Of a stretch of DNA of 64,000 bases, positions 48,601 through 60,600 are shown one piece after another. Position numbers and translations under genes: made by a program. The number at the start of each line of letters is the position of its first letter. Position 1 is the first letter of the stretch. The DNA is from Mobula hypostoma (lineage: Eukaryota). Below the pieces are notes generated by a model. It saw only the letters and a program-made list of their open reading frames with translations. It was not told the DNA's origin and did no database searches. The DNA lies in assembly GCF_963921235.1 (NCBI RefSeq), contig NC_086108.1, positions 57,414,001 to 57,478,000 on the forward strand. Direction: 5' to 3'.

Positions 48601-51600
48601 GACTATGGACATCAATTTTATATTACCACCAAAAGATGTATTGAGACAGAAATAATGCATTTACTTAGAGAGTTACAGATAATGAAATGCATTAACTGCA
48701 GCAGAAAAATTGCAGCATTTTAAAGAGAAGTTGAAGGAAAAGATAAAGGTTGCGGGGCAGACAACAGCGCAAAAGGAGAGATAAGATTAGTTTCATTTGT
48801 CACACGAACGTCAACACATACAGTGAAATGCATCGTTCTGTGTTGAGGGTGTACTGTAGGTAGAATGCGAGTGTCACTATGCTTCAGAATCCAATGTAGC
48901 GTGTGGACTCTAAGCTGTATGGCTTTGGAAAGTGGGAGGAATTTGGAGCTCCCAGAGGAAACCCATGTGGTCACGGGGAGAACGTATGAACTCCTTACAG
49001 ACAGCAGCAGGAATTGAATCCCAATCTTACAGCTGGTGTTGTAAAGCATTGTGCTAACTGCTACACTACTGTGCCGCACCAGTACAGTAACAGGATTAAC
49101 TTTTTACCCAGTAACGCAGCTCTTGACCTTCCTTACTGGAATAAAACCATTACTTACTCCCATGGAATCATTTGATTCAAAGCAGTCCATGTAGGAAGCA
49201 CTTCGCACACTCCATGATGAGAGAAATTTCCACAGGTTAATTTTGACAGGTTGTTCCACAAACACAATGTAGTTTTCACACAAACCAAAACTGCGTGGAT
49301 GAAGCCAAAGTCTGAATTAGTGTTGAATTCAATAACAACAATTATAGATAGATAGAGATAGATATTGCAAGATGCTTTATGGACCTGTTCTTTTGACATG
49401 TTTTGGGGAAAACGGCCATGATCTAATTCATAGCCATAATTAATAGACATGCATTCTTAACAAAATGAAAAATTTGAACTAAATTAGCATTCTTTTAAAA
49501 CGACCCTGTAAATCTTCTGATCATATATTATATAACAGAGCTAAAACATTTGAGTATTTGTCCTTTAACTGTGAGTATATACCCTGAGATTATGTAAGAG
49601 CTCAGCTATAGATAGTTGTCTATTACTAGCTTATCAAGTGACTGCTTGAATTATGTAACTTGTTTAATCATGGGAATTTAGCAATAACACTGTGCCCAAT
49701 CTCATGTTTATTCAGAACCTATGCCAGGGATGGCCAACCTTTTACATTCCATGCGTCAATTTTTTCACTCACAAGTTCAGATGCGCCATACAACTCTTGT
49801 ACCCCCATTCAATTCTTGTAAAAATATGTTAATATGGAACTTGTGCGTGAAAAAATTGCCTCTGAACTCGTATGTGAAAAAATTGACGCATGGAATGTAA
49901 AAGGTTGGCCATCCCTGACCTATGCACACTTGCACAGGCCGTATATAGAGTGAGGGAAGTAAATTTGTATTGGTTGCATGAAGTTTCAGCAAGATCTGAC
50001 AAATACCATTGAACTGAAATATTAGCTGTTTTTTCTCTCTAAAGACATACTTTGATCTGCAGAATATTTCTAAAACTTTGTGTTTTTTTAAAATTCAGAC
50101 TTCCAGCATGTGTAATATTTTCATTTTGAAATCAAGTCGACTTGCCATAAAGAATAAAATGATCATCAGTAGGAAATGTTTCTTTTCCTATCTCAGTAAT
50201 GTGAAGTGTTAGATCTATTCAAAGTCAATAAAACACACAAAAATCTTTGAAGTTAGATTTTTGCTAAATTTGATTTTAAAACAAAAAGTACTACGCTGGT
50301 AGTTTTGTATTCCGAAGCGATCCAGGATTTTCAAATAAGACAAACCTTACTCCTCTGAAAATAAACAAACCTGTGTACATAGGAAGGCTTGAACCTGTCA
50401 CTGCATGGAAATTGCACAACCACCTCTGTTTTCCTCAAGGGATCTTGCTTATCTGTAATAGTAAACATTTGTATGTTGAGCCACAACTTCTTAGAAATCC
50501 CATTCAGATTTTATCCTTTTCATCAGCAATATATTCCATAGATACCAAGACGATAAATCTCATTATGATTTTCATACCTGTGGAATATGAAATTTCTTTG
50601 AATTATTCTATAAAGAGAGTAATCTTTGGGTGGCTCCTGGAAACTGATCATGAAAACACAGAGGTTCTTATGAAATGCAAGAATGCTAATACTTTCAGTT
50701 CATAATTTTTTTTGACAATGCAGGAAAGAATACTGTGTAAATAGCTGTTAAGTTGCTGTCCAAATGTAGCCAAGGGTTGACTCTTCCCCCAAAACATCAA
50801 AATGAAAATCTCCGTCAATAAAGCCACACAGAGCTGGATCTGAGTGTTTTAGTTTGGTGTTGGCAATGTCACTCCTATAAATGCATTTTGTAGGAAATTC
50901 CTGGATTTTGGTCAATTAAATTCATTGGGTGCTTCACTGAAGTACTCCCTCTAGTTGTCAAAAACTTCTGTGAAGGAACACTAGCACAAACCATTTAATA
51001 AATGTATTAAGAGACGTGTACTCGTTGTAGTATCTATTTGATTCTCCAGACGATACACAGAAGTGCCACTGGCACAGTGATGATGCAGAAGGCATCAATG
51101 TTTCTCAGCTTAAGGGACCCAGGTTCAAAACTATCTGTATGGAGTTTGCAAGTTCTCCCTGTGACCACGTGAGTTTCCCTTTGGTAGTGCAGTTTTTACC
51201 CAAGTTGCAATGACATGCTGGTAGATTAATTGGTTCTGAAAATACAACTCTGAGGAGGAAAAGAATTAAAGGGGAGTTGATGGACCTGCAAGAGAAAATA
51301 GGTTGCAGGGAAAGAAGGGGAATGCACGAGGATTGCTTGGTTGGGAGCTGACATGGACTGAAAGGAACAAAAGGGCACTGTATTTTAAGTAACAACTTCT
51401 AAAACTATCTTAAAGTAAAATAAAAAAGAAATTATGACTATAAGACATAGAAGCAAAATTAGGCCATTTGGCCCATCAAGGCTGATCCACCATTCAATCA
51501 TGGTTGATTTATTATCTTTCTCAACCCCATTCTCCTATTTTCTCCACATAACCTCTGACACCATTACTAATCAAGAAACTAGAAACCTCTGTTTTAAATA

Positions 51601-54600
51601 TACCCAATGACTTGGCCTTCACAGCCATCTGTGGCAATGCACTCCACAGATTCGTCACATGCTGGCTAGAGAAAGTCCTTATTGTCTCTGTTCTAAGGGG
51701 CCAAACTTCTATTCTGAGGCCAGGCACCCTGGTCCTAAACTATCCCCATAGGAAACATCCTCTCCATATCCACTCTATTTAGGCCTTTCAATGTTCAATA
51801 AGTTTCAATGAGATCCCCCTCATTCTTCATCAAATGCTTCTCACACATTAACCCTTTCATTCCTGGGATCATTCTCATGAACTTCCTCTGGACATTCTCC
51901 AATTCAGCTTCCCTGGACCCTCTCCAATGCCAGCATTTCTTTTCATAGATAAAGGGCTCAAAACTGCTCACAATACTCCAAGTGCAGACTTATAAATGCC
52001 TTATAAAGCCTCAGCATTACATGCTTGCTTTTATATTCTAACCTTCTCAAAATAAATGCTAACATTGCATTTGCCTTCCTTTCCATTGACTCAACCTGCA
52101 AGTTAACCTTTAGGGAATTCTACATGAGGACTCCTAGGTACCTGTGAATTTTTAATTTTCTCTCCATTTAGAAAATAATTTATGCCTTTATTCCTTCTAC
52201 CAAAGTGCATGACCATACAGTTCTCTACACTATGTTGCCACTTCTTTGTCCATTTTCCTAATCTGTCTTAAGTCCTTCCACAGATTCCCTTCTTCCTCAG
52301 CACTACTTGCCCCTCCACCTATGTTTATATTGTCTGAAAACTTAGCCACAAAACCATCAATTCTGTCATCCAAATCGAGATATAACATGAAAAGACCCCT
52401 GCAGAAAACCACTAGTCATAGGCAGCCAACAAGAGAAGGCTCCCTTTATTCCCACACTTTGTCTCCTGCCAATCAGCCAATCCTCTATCTATGCTGGTAC
52501 CTTTCCTGTAATACCCTAGGCTTTCATCTTGTTTAGCACCTTTGTGTGTGGCACCTTGACAAAGGTCTTTTGAAAATCCAAATATACAACATCCACTGAC
52601 TCTCTTTTGTCAATCCTGTCTGTTAACATAGAAACATAGAAAACCTACAGCACAATACAGGCCCTTCGGCCCACAAAGCTGTGCCAAACATGTCCTCACC
52701 TTAGAAATTACATAGGGTTACCCATAGCCCTCTATTTTTTTGAGCTCCATGTAGCTGTCCAGGAGTCTCTTAAAAGACCCTATCGTATCCACCTCCACCA
52801 CCGTTGCTGACAGCCCCTTCCACGCTCTCACCACTCTCTGTGTATAAGTAACTTACCCCTGACATCTCCTCTGTACCTGCTTCCAAGCACCTTAAAACTA
52901 TGCCCTCTCATGCTAGCCATTTCAGCCTTGGGAAAAAGCCTCTGACTATCCACACGATCAATGCCTCTCAACATCTTATATACCTCTATCAGGTCACCTC
53001 TCATCCTCCGTCGCTCCAAGGAAAAAAGGACGAGTTCACTCAACCTATTCTCATAAGGCATGCTCCCCAATCCAGGCAACATCCTTGTAAATCTCCTCTG
53101 CACCCTTTCTATGGTTTCCACATCCTTCCTGTAGTGAGGCGACCAGAACTGAGCACAGTACTCCAAGTGGGGTCTGACCAGGGTCCTATATAGCTGTAAC
53201 ATTACCTCTTGGCTCTTAAACTCAGTCCCACGTTTGATGAAGGCCAATGCACCGTATGCCTTCTTAATCACAGAGTCAACCTGTGTCGCAGCTTTGAGTG
53301 TCCTATGGACTTGGACCCCAAGATCCCTCTGATCCTCCACACTACCAGGAGTCTTACCATTAATACTATATTCTGCCATCATATTTGACCTACCAAAATG
53401 AACCCCTTCACACTTATCTGGGCTAAACTCCATCTGCCACTTCTCAGCCCAGTTTTGCATCCTATCACCGTCCCACTGTAACCTCTGACAGCCCTCCACA
53501 CTATCCACAGCACCTCCAACCTTTGTGTCAGCAAATTTACTAACCCATCCCTCATCCAGGTAATTTATAAAAATCACGAAGGGGTCCCAGAACAGATCCC
53601 TGAGGCACACCTCCATGCAGAAAATGACCCGTCTACAACCACTCTTTGCCTTCTGTGGGCAAGTCAGTTTTCGATCCACAAAGCAATGTCCCCTTGGATT
53701 CCATGCCTCCTTACTTTCTCAATAAGCCTCGCATGGGGTACCTTGTCAAATGCCTTGCTGAAATCTATATACTTTCTTTCCTCAAATTGCTGTTCTTTCT
53801 CAAGTTCCAACTGGTATGTTAAACACGATTTCCCATTAAAGAAGTCATGTTATTTCATCATGTGTCTCCTAGTACCTTGAAACCTCATTCTTCAACAATT
53901 GATAAAGTATCAATTGTCGACATTGAGGTTTCAAAGCAATCTAGAATGGTGGATAAACTTTTTTGACTGGCTGTCTTCAATGCATCTATGTGTACGCTAC
54001 AACACATATGAAAATGGTAAGCAATAACCAAGTGGAAATACTTGTAGCTTTGAACATGGATCAGTTTTGCAGAATCCAGAATTTCAGGACTTGTGTACTG
54101 GTTTTTAGTATTGCTTTTTTTCTTTAAAATAAGAGGAGAGAGCTGTCCCTGAGGAATGATGGCATGTTTCTAACAAGGTCAATTGCACTTTACAGCTTTA
54201 AAGAGGAGCTCACCTGCAACTGCTGACAGCATTTATCAGTGTTGGGTTGAACATAGAAACATAGAAAAACTATAGCACAATACAGGCCCTTCGGCCCACA
54301 ATGCTGTGCTGAACATGTACTTACCTTAGAAATTACCTAGGTTTACCCATAGCCCTCTATTTTTCTAAGCTATAACCCATGAACATATGATACATTGCTT
54401 TAGGAATTGCTATTGCAATATTCTTCAACAATGACTAACACATTTAAAATGCCGTCCACGTGGCTAAAAACAACACACCCACTCCCTCCCCCATTCAAGT
54501 TTTTGATTATATTTATTTCCATAATGGTTTTTAAAATGACTATATACCTGACTGTAGTGGAGGTATTTTAATAATGTTGTAGGCAAATGCAAACCTTTTC

Positions 54601-57600
54601 CCAAAGCAATTGCCAATGTTGTAGACCGTTCCATCACGTTCAATGTGAGGGTGGGCTGTTGCACCATTGATTGTACAATAGTTGCAAAGATCAACCTGTA
54701 CCAAGAAAAAAAGTAAATTTGATTACTTGCATCATTTTCCAGCTACATAAGTTTTGCAAATTTTTCTCCTCTGATTCGGTGGTTTACGTTTTACCGTGCA
54801 GTCACTACCACATGGTATGCACACCATGATCCTGCAAGTGCTGGAAATCTTGAACAACACACACACACAAAATGCTGGAGGAACCCAGCAAGTGCTGATG
54901 AAGAGCTTCAGCCTGAAATATATCTGTTTATCCCCCTCCACAGATGCTGCCTGACTTGTTGACTTCCTCCAGCATTTTGTGTGTCTTGACTATGCATGTG
55001 ACTGCTTGGTAGAAAATTAAGGCCATAATTATCATTATAATAACTAGAACTTTGAAAATCCTGACTCACCAACAATAATATTACAGCTTTGTTTTTTTTC
55101 TGTGATTATTTTCATGCAATGATCATAAAGCAAATGTGCACAGAAACATTTGTTTTAATAGAAAAATTAGGTGGACAGAAACTACCTGAACATCAGAAAT
55201 GGTAATATGTACACTGCTGGTGACCACTAAAATACACAACACATACACACAATGAAACCTATTAATTTCATCACTTCCAAGAGTGGTTTTAACCCTAACC
55301 CTTCCCACAACATGATAATTGAACCCGGATGCACTTTATGAGCATGGTTTCCTTTAACAACTATAGCAAAAACAGTCGACATTTCAATGCGCTCTCCCTC
55401 CAAAGCAGTCCAGCACTGGCCGCTGGAGGTTAGAATCCTTCCATCATGCGGTCCGTCCCTTTTTATCAGTAGATTAAGCTCAAGACAACACACACAAAAT
55501 GCTGGAGGAACTCAGCAGGCCAGACAGCATCTATGGAAAAGAGTAAACAAGTTGATATTTCGGGCCGAGACCTTTCATCAGGACTCCAGCATTTTGTGTG
55601 TGTTGCTTGGATTTCTGCAGATTTTCTCTTGTTTGAGATTAAGCTCATAGTTTAATTTGAATATTGCACATCAAGTCAAGTCAAGTTTATTGTCATTTAA
55701 CTATATACATGTACATAATGTATATAACCATATAATATATATAGAAATGAGACAACATTTCTCTGGACCAGGATATAAAGCACAGTAATACACAGCACAC
55801 AATGACTTATGAAGGTATAGGTATAATCTACAGATGAATCAGACATAAATAACAAAGTACATTAATTTTAAATATTGGAAGGTATGGAACAAATTAATCA
55901 GTGACACATTGAATACGATGTGGCCTGGAGCTCAGAAGTTTAATGGCCTGGTGGAAGAAACCATTTCTCACCCTGACCATTCTAGTTTTTACGCAATGCT
56001 CCTGATTAATGTCTCCAATGGATGGCAGCGAGGCCCCTATAATCCTCTCAATTGTTCTCACAGTCCTTTGTAGGGTCTTCTGATCCGATGCTCGACTGCT
56101 CCCATACCAGATGGAGATGCAACTTGTCAGGACACTCTCAATGGTGTTCATGTAAAACGCAGTTAAGATGGTGGGGGGTGGGTGGGGAGGAGTCTTGCTT
56201 GCCTCAATCTTAGGAAACAGAGGCACTGCTGTGCCATCTTGTTCAATGAGGTGATATTAAGGGACCAGGTAAGGTCATCCATGATGTGAACCCCCAGGAA
56301 CTTAGTGCACTTGGCTCTCCCTTTGGAGAAGCCATGTATTCTCAGAGGGGGATGGTTTGTCTGCACCTTCCTGAGGTCCACAATGATTTCCTTTATCTTC
56401 TCCATGTTCAGACTTAGTTTGTTCTTCTCACACCAATCCAGCAGCCGCTCCACTTCCTCTCTATACTTCGTCTCGTCATCGTTCTTGATCAGGGCAACCA
56501 CTGTTGTGCCATCTGCAAACTTAATGACACGGTTTGAGTTGGATGCTGTGAGACAGTCATGTGTCAGCAGTGGGCCAAGCACACAGCCTTGGGGAGCACC
56601 AGTGTTCAGTGTAATGGGTGTTGTTGTCCACATGGACTGACTGTGGCCTTACTATTAAAATAAGACTGTGGAAATACTTTTAAGTCAGTAAGGAGAACTT
56701 CTTATACAAATAACACGTACAAAGGACAAATGTGCATTCATATTTAGTATCGCTAAAGAGAATTACTAAAGGCCAAGTGCTCTTTGCTTTCTCGGAATGG
56801 TTCTTAATCTTGGTTGACCTAATGAATTTAGGAGACTAGGAATGAGTCACACTTGTTAAAGTCTGGGTTAAATAAAATGTAGAAGCAATTCAGTAGTGAC
56901 CTAGATGTATGCACATTAAGGTTACGGACCTGTAGGAGAATGAGAAAAAGTCTCACCTTGTCCATCCTCTGCCATCTGATAAGATCATGACCCTTAACCT
57001 TACTGCAATATTCCTTCAGTATTCCCATATCTCTTGATTAGCTTAGATATACAAAAATCTAACCATCTGTCCTCACAGCGTAGATCTCTGGTGAGTTCAG
57101 TTCCGGCACTGTTCTGTAAGGAGTGTCTGTATATCCTCCCCGGGGAATGCGTGGATTTTCCCCGGCTGCTCCAGTTTCCGCCCACAGTTCAAAAATGTTT
57201 GGGGTAGGTTCATTGGCCAATGTAAATTGTCCCGTGATTAGGTTAGGGTTAAATTGGGGTTGTTGGAGTTGCTGGGATGGTGTGGCCTACTCTGTATTAT
57301 ATCACTAATAATAAAAAACAAAAAAAACATTTTGCTCCATCTATCACAAGTAGCTTCTTGGGCAGGGAGACCATTCCTGTACACAATATTCCAAGTAAAG
57401 TCTCACCAGGGTTCTCTATGTCAGCAACAAGATGTCTTTACAAACGAACTCCAAACCTACTGTAATAAAGGTCAATTATTCTTGTGCTTCCCCAAATGCT
57501 TGAGTTAATTTTGGTGATTCATGTATTGGGACATTGAGGTTACTTTAAATACCAATGCCTTAAATGTCTCAATCATTTTGAAAAACATCTCTGCAACTTC

Positions 57601-60600
57601 TTTTTAAACTATCACTTCCCTGCTCAGTCTATTTCCCCTGATGCCACCCCTCATATTACATAGGCACCCAGCTTTCTATCAGAAACTTAGCTGTTTTGCT
57701 TTTGTTTGTTTCGACCAAACTATTGTGACCAGCTGGACTCTAGACTGATCCTTGTAGCACTTCAACACCTCCCCATCTGCCCTTCTCTGTCTGTTAAGAC
57801 TTTTTTTTCTGTTTGTTAACCAAATCTCAATTCAGTAACTTATCAGAAACTTGCATGCGCTTTTGGTCTTTAGCCACCTTTTGTAGGCTATTTTGAAGTC
57901 CAAATGCACCACATATATTGGTGCCACTTGTATTTTCTACTAGTTATATTATCAAACCAATAACACCTGTGAAACACAATTTCCTTTTTCTAAATCTAGT
58001 CTAATTCTGACAAATCCTATTGTTATTTTCTGTAAAACAAGATTCCAATATGTGTTGTCTACTAACTAGTGTGCAGCTTTCTGTTTGTCTTCCCTCCTTT
58101 CTTAACCATTTGTAGTTGCATTTGCTGTTTTCCAATCTGTGGAACCTTTCACCATCTCAGTTGCCAGTTCTTTAAAAACTTTGAAATTCAGGTAGCCAGG
58201 TTCTTGGGATTAATTAACTTCAGGTAATAAAAATATTTGGAATAACAATCATTTATGGTCATTTCTTTCATCTCCTCACTTCCACCCAGGCTGTCATTCA
58301 CAAATGTTTCCAAGGGTTTTTTAACGTTTTCTTACTGATGACTGACTCAAAATATTTGATTTAATTTTGCTGCTTTTTTTCTACTCCCAAATGTAAGCCT
58401 TCCTGTCTCACTTTGTAAGGAACTCGCACAAACTTACGTAATCTTTACCTTTTTTACAAATCCATATAAACATTTGCAGTGTATTTTTACTTGTCCATGA
58501 TATTTCTCATCTCTACCTTCTCTTTCTGTATCAATATTTTTATCCTAATTTGCCAAATTTGAAAATACTTCAATGCCTCAAACATCATTGGGCCTTTGGA
58601 CCATAAGACCATAAGATATAGGAGCAGAAGTAGGCCATTTGGCCCATCGAGTCTGCTCCACCATTAAATCATGGGCTGATGCACTTCATCCAGTCATCCC
58701 CACTCCCCTGCTTTCACCCCATACCCTTTGATGCTCTGGCTAATCAAGAACCTATCTATTTCTACCTTAAATACGCCCAGTGACTTGGCCTTCACAGCTG
58801 CTCATGGCAACGAATTCCACAGATTTACCACCCTCTGACTAAAGTAATTTCTCCACATCTCAGTTCTAAAAGGACGTCGTTCAATCCTGAAGTCCTGAAA
58901 TCCTCTTGTCCTAGAATCCCCGACCATGGGAAATAACTTTGCCATATCTAATCTGTTCAGGCCTTTCAACATTTGGAATGTTTCTATGAGATCCCCCCGC
59001 ATTCTCCTGAACTCCAGGGAATAGCTGCGAGACGTTCCTCATATGGTAATCCTTTCATTCCTGGAATCATTCTCATGAATCTTCTCTGAACTCTCTTCAA
59101 TGTCAGCATATCCTTTCTAAAATAAGGAGTCCAAAACTACACACAATACTCCAAGTATGGTCACACAAGTGCCTTATAGAGCCTCAACATCACAGCCCTG
59201 CTCTTATATTCTATACTTCTAGAAATGAATGCCAACATTGCATTTGCCTTCTTCACAACTGACTCAACCTGGAGGTTAACGTTTAGGGTATCTTGCCAAG
59301 TCTCTTTGCATCTCTGCATTTTGAATTCTCTCCACATCTAAATAATAGTCTGCCCATTTATTTCTTCAATATATTTTCAATAACATAAATCTTTTCCTTT
59401 AATACTATCTTAGAAATTTTATTATTAAAAATTTGTATTATTTTGTTGTAAACCTCAAATTCTTTAAATATTATTCCATCATTTGTTTATGGTTATGCTT
59501 AACTAGATATTACTGTGCACGTTTCAGGAAAATGTTTTCCAGGAGAAAGCTGAAAGCCAGGATGGCTCCTACAATAGCAAAGTACAAAACTGTTCATCTC
59601 TCAAAGAGAGTATAGCTATTGTTCTCATTGAGAGGGTAGTACAATATCAAAAAGAGAAATGTATCAATGTTAGCAACATGCTGTTCTTTATAACCATGCA
59701 GAAAGCTTTATACCATGAGACACTACGCATCAGAAATTGTGTTTGGCTTGGACAAGCAAACTTGCACATGACTACACAAACTAAAGCTTGTGGTGTTTGG
59801 TTTAGGATCATTTGGGTATCCATCTCGGCTGAATCTGAACCCTGCTTCCTAAAAATAAAAGGAACAAGTTCACACATCTCAAGTTGTGCTGACAAAGGTC
59901 ATTGGCATACTTCAGCTGATGGGATGATTTAAGACGCATATACAGTACTAGAGGCCATAACTTTAAGGTGAGAGTGAGCAAGTTTAAAACAGATGTATAG
60001 GGCAAGATTTTTTTTCTGCAGAGTAGTTCTGCACATTGGATATTTGTCAGTCTTTGTTGTGTGTGGTTTTCCATGGATTCAATTGTGTTTCTTTGCTTTG
60101 TGGGTGCCTGCAAGAAGATGAAACTCAAGGTTGTATGTTGTTTACATACTTTGATAGTAAATGATTTACTCAGAATTTTAGGTGCCTGGAATACACTCCC
60201 ACAGGTGGTGGTGGAAGCAGATATAATAGTAGCATTTAAGAGGCTTTTAGATAGGCACATAAATATTCAGGGAATGGAGGGATATGGATCACATGTTAAC
60301 AGAAGGGATTAGCTTAATCTGTTAGTATACTCTACGCAGACATTATGGGACAAAGGGCTTGTTCTATGTTCTATGGGTTAAAACCACACTTTGATCATCC
60401 AATTTACAGTGCTACATTTTAATAATTAAGCATAGAATTCTAACAGTATTTATCACCATTTGATGTGACAAAACTCTTTAAACAACCAATAATAAATGCA
60501 TTACATATAGCAGTTAATGACCTTTTGTATCGTTTCCAGTGTCTCTGGATTGACTTTTGTAATGTAGTTTGTTTCAGTACAGGCATAGAAGTCTTCTCCA

